Source of the DNA: Strigamia acuminata
Taxonomy: Eukaryota
Assembly: GCA_949358305.1 (NCBI GenBank)
Contig: OX442314.1
Location: 6,014,001 to 6,078,000, forward strand
Length of the DNA: 64,000 bases
Direction: 5' to 3'
Part shown: positions 47,401 to 57,807 of the stretch, in pieces
Layout: each line of letters opens with the position of its first letter
Numbering within the stretch: position 1 is the first letter of the stretch
The notes under the pieces: model-generated
Told to the model about the DNA's origin: nothing
Databases searched by the model: none
The model's input: the letters and a program-made list of their open reading frames with translations, nothing else
Translations under genes and position numbers: made by a program

Positions 47401-48734
47401 ATACATGGTCAGGAATGAAAAGAGACGTGGCACGCTTTATTAAACACTGCCCACGTTGCCAGGCATGTAAGCCACGCATTAAGCCAAAAATTGAATCCGC
47501 AGAAATTGGGCCTTATGCACCATTTGAGTGTCTCAGTATCGACCTCACAGGCCCAAAACCACGAACAGATCGCGGAAACACATACATCTTGGTAATTGTA
47601 GATGTCGCAACAAGATGGCCAATTTTTTATCCAATGTCAAATCCAACAGCGGTAAAAATTGCAAATTGCATCTACGATGTATCAATGAGATGGGGATTTC
47701 CCCGCAAATTATTGTCAGACAATGGCCCACAATTTAAAGCCAAAGTCTACAAAGAATTTTGCCGAAAATTTAAAATTGTGCCGAAATTTACGTCCCCGTA
47801 TCATCCTCAGGCTAACCCAGTAGAAAGGGTTAACAGGGACATAAAATATATTATTTCGATTTATTCAGATCTTCACAATAAGTGGGATGAATATTTACGC
47901 GAAATAGCATTCAGTATAAAAACCACTGACACCCGTGGTAGAGGCTATTCGCCAGCCTATTTAAGTTGCGGGCGCGAATTTCGAGTGCCATGGGACCCGC
48001 GAATATTGGATGATATGCTGCAAATCGACCCGCAAAATCCTCATATTTACGTGCAAAAATTGGAGCGCATCATTGGTGACACATATCAACACATGATGGC
48101 GCACATCGTCGATTTCCGAGAAAGAGTAAAAAACAAGAAAATTTACGGAAAATTTCAAGATTTCCGAGTCAACGATCTTGTGTGGCGAGAAAGTCACGTA
48201 TTATCAAATGCACAACAAGGAATTTCGGCAGGATTAGCTGATAAACGCACAGGGCCGTACGTCATCATGCAAATTCATCAAGGAGGCGCGGCAAAATTGA
48301 AAAGATTAAAAGACAACAAAATCTTTGGCTCAATTCATTTAACCGAATTGACTCCATATTTTCCCGAATTTAATCAGGAAATATGGAAAGAAAATCAATC
48401 TGCAAGCGACATAAATGCAGAAGTTGTCAACACACTTTATGACGAAGTCGCGACCCCTCCAAATGATGAGACAGCGCCTGTAGAAAACAATGGAGCGCAT
48501 TCCACACCAGAGTGTGAAGTCCAAGCCACTCCATTCCCACCTGTCAATAATGTAGAAATCCGTCAACAAGTGGACGAATTTTTAAAAAGGAGGGAGGAAG
48601 GGGTGAGAAGGAAAAATAGAAATAAATTGCGCAAAAAAGATAAAGTGGAAAATCCACACGAAACCAGTGAAAAACCGACTCTTAAATATAATTTAAGAGA
48701 TCGAGCAAAAATCCGAAGTCCCCAGTATTTATAA
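44415..48734 (+). CDS. pol: Pol of Gypsy B (PR-RT-RNaseH-IN), uninterrupted
   Basis: MLDSGA, RLCIDYR, YLDD, HTDAS, TDHQAL, HGHPLASH..CPRC, IDLTGP, SDNG, NPVER and GPY; colinear with Pol A. Confidence 0.96.
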   Translation, partial: KHVGADSRSQEQPAPTCNSETGAKGEKAVEQTKEVEISEEVKINDDKLESPECKLEVKEEIKAEIQNIDASYFTKEVKAELEKMEKPTELPATVFWCNVKKDFEETPTLSEEIMSMKSEFITLDAMFEELPQFSGEEKYRLRRSDILVSNDEIMNGLTTLRIITKKGSIVTMLDSGANRSYITMPLIKKMELEKKIIPGDSKAVVSTADGDVTPVGHINLSFTWSHGVNNHHFIILPHQYSFILAGNDFMKKLNIQPNPVTGGWNFIANVPAPRPYIAQDVLERYEEKLEQPTSSFMTFVKRTDYKTFQARLKVGNAIATLTEEAKLELTEAKQLEKVLRRHEKILTKVPGRTHVTQHSIDLDTDKPIRVPFHSWNPQKREILKQMCTDLKEKGYVSDAIGDYATRIVLVMRQGSDPRLCIDYRPINEHTKYDPPQMPTIDEILRELGEFNWVSTIDLTKGYWQIELRPEDRPKTAFWSPIGRLMFNVMPFGLVNAPTTFQRMIEKVLGDAYRMYAWAYLDDIVIVSKTFKEHIQHVDNVLTKLKNAGLHVNPEKSKFFRKELSFLGYKLGVNGLSVDPKKVSAIKDFPAPTDLKSLQRFLGMVNFFHRLLKNLATTAEPLRPLLKKETEFVWTEVHQKAFDEIKAALTDSDTLKLPNLYKPFIVHTDASQKGLGAALMQEQLVDGQMIEVPCVYASRSLQQAEKNYSATDLECLGVIWALRKFRPYLEFTHFTVQTDHQALKWLMMLEEPAGRLARWQMELMSFNFKINYIKGPSNVVADALSRAPVDNLDEPEIYDEITSYCPTANGQWSFTNWNQLPRQDREPTPEEKEEKFITYWCQSLNTKDEEFEPDQEEEDWKYIPNTENKMMKAFVARVTEQLDCAPPSRQDFIDHQIRDRQCQQMRHFLETQELPPQVRTPIEKQIFRKMANQHIVEDGLLLRFQPTLSDELGDDGRAMKVVVPKTLRHRVLWLMHGHPLASHCGISRTLYRMRRIYTWSGMKRDVARFIKHCPRCQACKPRIKPKIESAEIGPYAPFECLSIDLTGPKPRTDRGNTYILVIVDVATRWPIFYPMSNPTAVKIANCIYDVSMRWGFPRKLLSDNGPQFKAKVYKEFCRKFKIVPKFTSPYHPQANPVERVNRDIKYIISIYSDLHNKWDEYLREIAFSIKTTDTRGRGYSPAYLSCGREFRVPWDPRILDDMLQIDPQNPHIYVQKLERIIGDTYQHMMAHIVDFRERVKNKKIYGKFQDFRVNDLVWRESHVLSNAQQGISAGLADKRTGPYVIMQIHQGGAAKLKRLKDNKIFGSIHLTELTPYFPEFNQEIWKENQSASDINAEVVNTLYDEVATPPNDETAPVENNGAHSTPECEVQATPFPPVNNVEIRQQVDEFLKRREEGVRRKNRNKLRKKDKVENPHETSEKPTLKYNLRDRAKIRSPQYL

Positions 48735-49010
48735 ATAGAAATGGCGTCACTCGGAATCCAGGATATGGATGACGTCATGGGATAGGGACTGAACGGAAAC
48801 AAAACGTCACTTTTCCGTTCATCGCCAAAGTAGAAACACACAAGTGTTCGTGTCAGCTAAAAAATCGGATTTATCAACAGAAAATAGGATTTATCACTGA
48901 GTAGTAAGTTAAACTGAAGTGGATTGCCACAATAAATATATAATGACAAACAAACTTCGTCGAAATTAGGAAATTATCGGAATTTCGGACGAAAGAGGCG
49001 AACGCCAATT

Positions 49011-51822
49011 ATGTCACGCAAACGCGCCTACATCCCCGACGAGGATAGCGAGGATGAAGAAGAATTTGAAGAGACCATGAAGGTATTTATGATTAACACA
49101 AAAAAGGAAAAGTAAATCCTTAAAAAATTTAGTTAAAAAATTGCAAAGTCAAAAAAGCAATTTCGGAAAAGAGAAAGTTGTTAATCGAAACCAACATGGC
49201 TGCCTTCAAATATGGGAGTTTCCCGTCTAATGGAATAATTAATTTATTCAGGTTCTCTCGTATATGGCCACGTGGGAAGACATTTACGACGCCGGATTTT
49301 GCAATTGGGCGATACAACGGGGCAGAATTCCGGAGGCGCTGAGAACCGCTTTCGAGAAATATGGGCCCTGGCGAGTAAGGAAATGGTGGTCCAAAGCGAT
49401 CGAAAAACGATGGGGGACAGACAAACGACTATGTGTCTGCATGCCAGTTAATAAACGCGAGGAATCACGTATCGCGTTATGGGGCGCCGATGTACCATCG
49501 CCGTTATGGACGGAACTATTAGCCGAAGAATACCCCATCACAAGGCAAGAAGCTCATGATCGGAGACGCTATTTCCAACGAGGATCGGATAAGCGAGTTA
49601 TTTTGGAGGAAATAAGAGAACGGCTGCGATCAAATATGCACGAAGTCGCCGCCAAATACCTGAAGGCGAAAGCGGAATATGAGAAAAAGCTGAAACGATT
49701 TCCACAGTCAGTTAGGCCTGGATCACGCCCTCCATACTTCGCAAAAACGCAGTCAGAGATGCACCAACTCCATATGGCAGGTGTATTTTCCAGCGCTGAT
49801 CCAGTCATGTCCAAAGAAATAGGGGACAAGAAAAGAGCCAACGAAAAACGCCGTCGTATACACGAAAACGAACCCGAGAGGAAAATCCTCAACCAAGACT
49901 ACAGTGATTTGCGAACACGACTAGATCTCCGAAGTCAACTCGCAAAATCAAAACACCAAAGTCGGCGTGATCAACATCAAAATCGATGGAACTCACATCA
50001 TCAGCGATCACCTCCACCAAGGCATCGAGAGACGTACGTTGGAACCCAGAATTATCCAACGCCACCTGAGTCGAGCCGTCAACTTCCGCCCGACGAATGG
50101 AAAATTTTATCTGAGGTCGTGACGAAGAAAAGCCATAGCTATCAGCAGCAGCGGCCGAATAGAACCATTCATATCACGCCCACAACAGTTCAGGTGACCA
50201 CTGAAGGACGACAAAGCGATGCAGAACTTCAAAGCAATCTCGAGTTAGCACAGAAGGCTCCAAGGACGCCGCCAGGCTCTACACGAAGTTCAAACCATAG
50301 CAAACATTCACCAATAATCTGGTCGAACGAAAATCGCCCAGAAAAAGAGAAGTCGCCGCCACCTCCTCCTCCGCCACCATTGGAGAAGAAGGGAGCTGTC
50401 AAACCCAGAAAGATTCTGCGGCCTAGACACAGACAAGCAAGCATTCCGGAAAGTTTGAGGAATTCCTCTAAAGCTACCAAGAATGCAGGGCAGGTGCAAC
50501 AATACATCATGCCACACGAAAAGCTCGTAAGCTACCGACTTCCAAAAGAGGACTCATCAATTCCAGTTCCCGATGTGCCGCAAATTAATTTTTCGGGAAA
50601 TATATCCATGCAGCCAGTTGATGGATTTAATCAAGATTACCGAAAATTGTGCGAAAGATATTCAGTATATGCAAAAGAAGCGCAAGAACTGCTCAAACCG
50701 CATTTGGACGTCTTCCAGAACGACCAAATAAACGAGGGAATATTCGATTGGCAGCGGAACGCAGAAGAGTTCAGGAAAACCCCACTCAACGAACAAAACG
50801 AAAGGTTCCTGAAGCGCTTCAAACGAAAAATGACTCGCGCACCACAAAGAATTCTGTATCCAGGAGTATTGGCAACGGACGAATACGCCTTTATGGCAAT
50901 AACATTTCTATGGTCGTCGCCAATGGGAATTCCCAAAGAGATGATACAGAATTGGATGTCGATATTACCCGACCCCGCCGAATTGCGAGCCGACCTGATA
51001 AGAAAAGCCCTTGCAAGCGGCGAGACAGCGAGTCAGGGGGCCATACGCTTGCGTAGTGAATGGCAAGCCAGAAAATCCGAAGTTGAGTTAGGATTGAAGC
51101 CATTCGTGCCACCAGCCACAAACCCGTATATGCCAGTATTTGCAACCGGACGGACGCCTGGACCACAGCCGCCTTCGTCCAGACCTGAAGCCACATACAC
51201 ACCAATGGCTGCCGCCATTGCATCAGGTCACCAGAGTTCGACGAGTACATCGAAACCGACACCGGAAAAGGATCAGCGAACTTCTGGTTACACATCAGGA
51301 TGGCAATCAGATGCGTGTCCAACACCACGATTGGTGCAAGCCGACGCTAAGTTGCAGGAAGAGCGCGTCCGTCATCGATTGGAATTGCTAGAGATTTCAA
51401 GGGCAATCGCGGAGAGCAAAACTCAGCAAGCAAACGAAAAACCTAAAGGGCCCGTAATCGACAACAACAATTACGGAAAAATTCGTTATTACTACCCTTT
51501 GCTCAAATTCTCCGCAAGCACTCGCATTATATTGATGAATAATTCGGTGCTTTGCCAGGAAACATTTGACTGGTTGGAGATCCATGCCAAATGTGGATCC
51601 GACCCAATTCTCCAAGCCAGACTGGTAAAAGCCCGAAGACACATCGACGAATGTCCAGAGACTTACCAGATTCCAGTCAGACATGTCTACGCCCGAATCC
51701 AAGACATTGGCGAAGTATGGCTCAAGATCAACCTTGGAATGGTATCCGGACCCGAAAGAGGAAACCCAAGATTCACCATTTTGGAAAGCCCGGTCCCGAC
51801 CTTGGATCTGAGCAACGCATAA
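49011..51822 (+). CDS. Third ORF of Gypsy B, unknown function, not Env; predicted spliced (49011-49082 + 49252-51822, 880 aa)
   Basis: 852-aa ORF between pol and the PPT. Upstream acidic ATG exon ends AAG|GTATTT and acceptor TTCAG|GTT, both phase 0. Homologous to ORF3 of A. Confidence 0.8.
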
Positions 51823-52466
51823 AAGAAAAAAAAAGTGGTTCCACTTCTCCCCTAAAAAGGAGGGAAGTGTGGTAATCCCAAATTACTACATAAAGGAAAT
51901 TCCTTAAATCTAATAATTTTATGTGAGTCTAATTTGAGTACCAAAAGGATTGCAAGAATTATCCAGGCACTACAGGATGTAGCCCCTATCTTGTGTGGGA
52001 AACAAGATAAGATCTAGGGACTACAGGATGTGCTACATCCTGTTAGCAGTGAGAGCAGCTGCTAAGAACTCAGTCTAAACCTGAATCTGAACCTGAAAAC
52101 ACCTCCTGAAAAACACACAACTGAAACTACTGAAAATCATTGTTTGTTATGGGAGAAACTTCACTTTGGACTCTGGACTCACTTCTGAAATAGCACAGCT
52201 AGCTATTTCAGGAAACATAATTGGTAATTCTCTTCCCAACAAGAAGAGAGGGATTACACTCTTCTCCAAGTAAGAGTCAGCTCACACTCTTTGCTGAAAA
52301 GAGTCAAGATTCTCCAGTCGCCACGGCTAGGACGCTCGCCCATCGTCGCAACCAACGTTGGGTAGAAGGAGGGAGAATCAACACGTTGCCGAACGTAAGC
52401 AGATCTAGTTTACGGGATTTCCCGACTAAGACAGCGGAATTCCGCTTGCGTTTGTATTCCGCTCGT

Positions 52467-52781
52467 ATGAGTGGAAATATTCCGTTGGAACCAATTCCCG
52501 AGACGTACGAAGACGCCACGGACGAGATACAGCCAGGACCGGCATATCTCGAGATAGTAGCAGTCCCAGACGAGCCACAGCCCGCCAGGACGCATACGAG
52601 GACCGAAGCGAGGTTGGACTTCAAGTTTGACGTCCAAGCGAACTCCATCGCCCACGCTGAAAGATTAGATGCGATAAGAAGATTTCGGACGGAATCGATA
52701 ATCTTCATCGGCAGTGTATTTTTCCTTATTTCACTTTTCCTAATTATAAGTTATTTTGTCGTGAAATCATATATTAATTAA
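52467..52781 (+). CDS. LTR-encoded 104-aa putative membrane protein (3' LTR copy)
   Basis: Translation identical to 38642-38956. Confidence 0.5.
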   Translation: MSGNIPLEPIPETYEDATDEIQPGPAYLEIVAVPDEPQPARTHTRTEARLDFKFDVQANSIAHAERLDAIRRFRTESIIFIGSVFFLISLFLIISYFVVKSYIN

Positions 52782-53690
52782 TCTTTCTATTTCATACTGT
52801 TCTCAAAGTCTGGAAAACCCAGCATTGTAAATTAGCATTTATTCATATTTTATTGTAAGATAATTCCGGGTCGGAATTATCCCTATTTTTATATCAAAGT
52901 ATTTTTATTAAAAGTCAGAGAGTTAAATTATAAAAGTTAGTAATTATTTATATTATATGTAAATCTTTTTAAAAGCAATCCTAGCAAGCCCGAGTATAAC
53001 ATTTTAATAATATTATATTCGAGGTTTGTTACAACGGCTATAAATGTGCGAGCCAATGTGTGTCAGATGGCAACCATGGTCTCCCACCGCCAGGAGGAGT
53101 TGGGTGTAATCTCACAGTCCAATCACGTTGTCATGTGACTTCTGGTCACTTCTTGTATCGTGACAATGGCGTGCGGTTCGTGGTCGGAGTGTGTGCGCGA
53201 ATAAACGAACTTTATCTTCAACAATCAATGCGATCGTTCTCTATCCATTTACAACAAAGCCAGCACAAAAACCTCGCCTTTAGTCAGCCACGAGGTAAAC
53301 GTCTCATGAGCCTTATAGGTGAGTGTGACATAAGACTCTGCGTGAGCTGTCAAGTGAACGAAATAAGACTGTGTGTGAGCATTCATGCGAAATAAACAAG
53401 GTGAGTGATTTCATAATAAATTTAAGTTCGACAGTGAAGCAGCTTTCTCGTCCCTTAAGGCAAAATAAGAAAGTGACAAAGTTTATTAAATAAGCAATTA
53501 AGAAGGCCTAACAAACAAACAAACAAAATTAATGTTTTAATTGGTGTTACAGTGGTGCCAGGCGACTTTTAATAATTTTTATGACACCATTGAACTTAGC
53601 TGAAACTAAACCTTCTGCTAAGTTTTATAAGCTACTGTGTTTTACTAATAGACATAAAACTTAACATAACGTGTGAAATCATGTTGAACT

Positions 53691-54087
53691 TGTGACCTCT
53701 TGGCCACCCACGGTTACCTGCGTCACTGCCACACACCACCTTACGGCCCCAAGGTCATCCCCTTTGTGGTGGACTGACCCAAGCTGGCAGAGGAGGGAGC
53801 TGAGTTGTGTGATGAGGAAGAGATGTGAGATGAGAGAGAGGAGCAGCGACCACCGACAAGACAAGGCCTGACGTCAGCACGGGCAACCCTGCCCTCTGCT
53901 AACTCTGCTCTCCTCACCATTCACCACGGCGATGCTCAGTAGTATGGCGTGTTCCATACTGCAGCCTCCATGAGTGGCTGCGTGGGTCGTACAGGTAAGC
54001 ACGACACGAATGTTACAGTGATGACAAAAAGTAAGTTAACACACACGATTAAAGCCATACTTTATGATTAAAGACATACCAGTCACA
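53691..54087 (+). mobile_element. Solo LTR (397 bp) in an intron of paralog 3
   Basis: TGTGAC...GTCACA inverted termini, 4-bp TSD AACT, ATTAAA signals near the 3' end. Confidence 0.82.
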
Positions 54088-56161
54088 AACTTAATGAATT
54101 AATGTTGTAAAATACCTGCATTTATTTTCGAACAATTACCAAAAGGAAGTGGAATAGGATGCTTTGATGCCTTCTATAAAAAAAAATTTTTTTTTTACTG
54201 TCCTGTTTATATTTTAGGTTTATAAGCCTATAGTATCAGTTACTTTTGTGTAGAGTTTAGTCATTTCGTAAATACTGAGAATGTCCCAGATTTTTTCCAC
54301 TGACAATTCCTTACCGAACAAATGCCAGGGTGATATGTTGCCACAACTTTTATTGTTTCGATTAAGTAAGTGTAATCTCACTTTGCCCATTTCTTCGTTT
54401 CTAAATTCACCACAAACTGTGGTAGAAGGAAAGTCCGTATAGCGTACGAGAGGTGTTCTAACATGTGCAGTTACCGGGTCATCGAGGTAGTAGTTTAAAC
54501 GAATGTGCAGGCAAAATAAAGTTAACCCTGCACTAATGAACACGAATATTAATTTCAGCATTACCAAGACTCCATTTGCTGCGATTTGATCTTCACTCGC
54601 TTTGACTTTCTTTTTGCATTTCTCGTACAGTTGTCGGATTTTATTAATGGGTTGTTTTTGTTGGTTGTTTAATGCAATGCAATGCAAATACCAAAAGATT
54701 TCAGGTAGTGAGATTACGGATAGACCGATACGGACATCGTTTTGTTATCATCCGCTGTGCTAGCATCAGCGTAGGGTGTATAGTTTACTTCTTGACACGG
54801 ACGCTGACATAGACAATCAGTAATTGAGTCCGGGGGTGGAAATAATATACCGTTAATTTCATCTTCATATTTCTTATATGTCTTTTTTGCACATTTGCAA
54901 AGTGGCAAATCTATTTCCATGTAGGGAAATCTTGCAAAGAAGATATTTAATTTTTTTTTATTATGCGTCACCAAACCGGCAGCATTGTCACCGTGACATG
55001 TTCTTACCTGCACGTAAGACGTTTTTTTAATGTTTTCAATACACAACTCCGATAGCATTGTCTGTATTCGTCTTCACTGGAGCATGGATTTAGAGATGAA
55101 TTAAGAAATACGAACTGAAAGATAACGTATTAATAGATGTTGTATAATTCTTTTTAAGTTCTAAACTAAAATTTTACTTTGTTTAGACTCAAATCTATTT
55201 TGAATATTGAACCAGCATGAAGCCTGCCCACACCAAGGTGTTTTCCATCATGTAATGTCAGGTATAGCTAATAAGAGAAAAGAGATTAATATAATAATTA
55301 CATTTACGTTTTATTGAAATTATACCTTATATGCATCATTAAGACAAGCATTTTCGTAATTTTTGACAAACTTTACTGTCAATAACTTTCCAATAAATGA
55401 TTTGCTAGGAGCTTTAGCTGTGCCAATGACAGATGTTAGTGGAATAAATTCGGGGAAAAATGTTTATTTGTAATTACCAAATTGAAATGTTGAGCATATT
55501 CCGTACGGACTGTTAGTTTCCTTCTGAATAACCGTTTCCTTTGTGTATCCCTGTGAAAATAAGGTTTTAAAATGAATATTTTCACTTATTGCTAGTGTTT
55601 TCCTTAATTAATTTTTTACTTTCGTCTTTACACTGACTATTTCATCAGTATTATTAGTTGCCTTCCAAAGTTTATCCATATCATAATTTGGGATTGCCCC
55701 GTCGATCAGTTTGTCAAAAATTCCCTCACATGAATAGATTTTTTTGTTTTTATAACTTTCGCTCCAAATCTTGACCATTTTTTTTGTAACCTTATTACAG
55801 ACCATTAAGTCTGGCAAAGTTACTTCTTCCGATTTGCTCGTAACGTCAACCGCTGTAGGATAACTGAAGTAATGGATTATTCTGTCATATGTCTGATATG
55901 TAAGCATGCTTGTGCACAATAAGAACAAGAGCAGCCAAAAGGTGTGACGCTGGCTCCAACATTTCTTTTTGTTTACGATGTCATCGAAACCAATTAAGTC
56001 GCAGCGTGGTTGATTTCCATCATCTTTCGTTAATTGGTGAATCATCCGTCGTAATCTTCTTAATCTCAGCATATTTCTTCTCATCGAGTATTTATTCTGC
56101 ATTATATTTTTTATTTAAATCTACAACGCTAGTTAAGTTAAGAAGTTTGTGCAAAATTTAA

Positions 56162-56579
56162 CTAACAAGGGGAGCCCATGAATAAGATACTCACAGATTG
56201 TTGCAATATTAAATGTGAAGGATTGTTATGTCATGCTGAATGAGATCCTGAAATAATTTCATTCCATAAACAGCCAACAATGTAAACAATGAGCTGAAAG
56301 TATGCACTATTTTGTCTGTGTATTTATCCACTCTGAGCAATCAGGCCTAGTGTATGAATACTGTAAACAACAGTTGCTAGGTGACAAAGTGTAGGAATAA
56401 GTTCCGAGATCCAAGTTGAATTTTATCATTTAAGATTCAATGATGTCATGGTCATGACATCAGAACTTTGTTTATGGAATGAAATTATTTCAGGATCTCA
56501 TTCAGCATGATATAACAATCTTTCACATTTAATATTGCAACAATCTGTGAGTATCTTATTCATGTGCTCCCCTTGTTCG
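56162..56579. mobile_element. Foldback MITE with ~110-bp inverted arms, just upstream of the paralog 3 start codon
   Basis: AACAAGGGGAGC...ATTCCATAAACA (56164-56271) is inverted at ~56469-56577. TSD unclear (TA on the right only). Confidence 0.8.
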
Positions 56580-57772
56580 TACCGAAAACGATGTGTATTG
56601 AACTAAAAACACGATTTTCGGGGTCAGAATTTGATTTGTTTAGGGGCTGAAATAGATCGACACTCGACAGCTATTTTGTGGTTCCAGATTAAAATGTGGC
56701 GTAATACTTGCCAGAAAACTAGGACGTATAAACGCACAAAGTTATCCAGATAAGTAAAATCCAGATTTTAACTTTTCTGGAAATCTGAGTTCATGTAAAC
56801 ATGGTAAATGTCTCTATTGCGTCGCCTTTGTGGTGCTCCCTAGTCTCGTACTTACTTTGCCGGCGACGTTGTCTCGATGAAAATCAACTGCAGTTATTGG
56901 TGTCAGTCCTGAGTGACTGTTGTGTTTTCGTTTAAAATCTTATTTCTATAGCAGCACTTTGTGATTATAATCGATTCATACATTTCTTTTAATGAACAGG
57001 TATCAACTTGCTCGGAGGGAGAAGGTTTTGTTGGATTTCTTTTTATTGTGTGGTGAATTATTCACTGCAAATCGTTTTTTTTTTGTATACTTTTTCATGA
57101 AATGTACTTCAAGATCCACGAGTAGCTACCACGCCTACTCAAATTGAAGGTTATTCGTGGTTAGTATGTGACAAATTAATAGGGCTATAAATGCCTGATT
57201 TTCCACCAGAAGGCGCTGTTGCGCCATTTTGACGGTAATTCTACTGTATTTGTTGTAGAACCAATGTAATTCCTAAATAAAGTTATTTATGGTGTTTTAA
57301 TTACAAATATGTTCGTTTGATAAGAATAAACAATTCAATCTTCATGATATCGAAATATCACGGCCGAAATTACAGAGAATCGTCTGCTAAAACCGCATTT
57401 GTCAATGCGCAATGTCGCCACTAGATGGCGCTATCGCAAATCAGCGGTAAATTCGAAATACGGAATTAAATGAATAACAAGATATATATATTAAATAAGT
57501 AGTTAATATATTCACGTAGATTATTTAATTGGACAATAATATAAAGATATATTATTGCATTGAATGTTTGGAAGAAGAATTGGTCACATTCTTGGAAATG
57601 TGACCTTGCGGATTAAAGGATTAATGTGTGACTTGGGAATGTGTCCTGGGTATCCACTTCCGGTCCCCGGTATCCATTTCCTGTTTCATGTCAAGGATTA
57701 GCATAATCCAAGTTTGCATCTCCGTATCCACTTCCTGCGATACGAGATTGGTGGAACTTAATCCCACCGAGT

Positions 57773-57807
57773 ATAAAACTCCCTGACAACAGGAAGTTAA
57801 GTCAGTT
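57773..57807 (+). promoter_or_regulatory. TATA + initiator core promoter in the LTR (also present in the 3' LTR)
   Basis: TATAAAA at 57773 and TCAGTT at 57802-57807, with the A 31 nt after the TATA start. Repeated ACTTCC/GGAAGT motifs lie nearby. Confidence 0.6.

Larger units (their letters stand above)
38043..53033 (+). mobile_element. Ty3/Gypsy LTR retrotransposon B, related to A
   Basis: 1166-bp LTRs at 38043-39208 and 51868-53033, with 3 differences seen by eye. TSD ACGG. PBS TGGGGGCCTGTC at 39211. PPT AAAAAGGAGGGAAG. Contains gag, pol and ORF3. Confidence 0.97.
36777..53256 (+). mobile_element. Degenerate, internally deleted Copia element (host of Gypsy B)
   Basis: 5-bp TSD AAGCC. 5' LTR 36777-37005, with a matching 3' LTR portion at 53078-53256. 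Half-tRNA-iMet-type PBS GGTTATGGGC(A)CCAG at 37009. Broken gag/protease fragments: KLEDDNYATWAFKV, CYNCKNLRHIAKNC, WNLHSGATRH, DVLYIPDLCDNLISV. Confidence 0.87.
36685..53433 (+). mobile_element. Short solo LTR (~264 bp) split by nested insertions into 36685-36776 and 53262-53433
   Basis: TG...CA ends with 4-bp TSD GTGA (36681-36684 and 53434-53437). AATAAA near the 3' end. Shares the GGGCAACC...CTCACCATTCACCAC motif with the solo LTR at 53691. Confidence 0.7.
33426..56102 (-). pseudogene. Tandem double-module DEG/ENaC paralog 3, pseudogenised
   Basis: Exons 56102-55620, 55550-55326, 55267-55178, 55114-55008, 54930-54244, 54173-54116, (exon 7 unresolved, possibly ~53620-53530), 34895-34800, 34737-34628 and 33825-33426 match paralog 2 in phase. 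Lesions: in-frame TAA at 55466-55464 and 34695-34693, and a frameshifting ~103-nt deletion near 54731. Confidence 0.85.
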
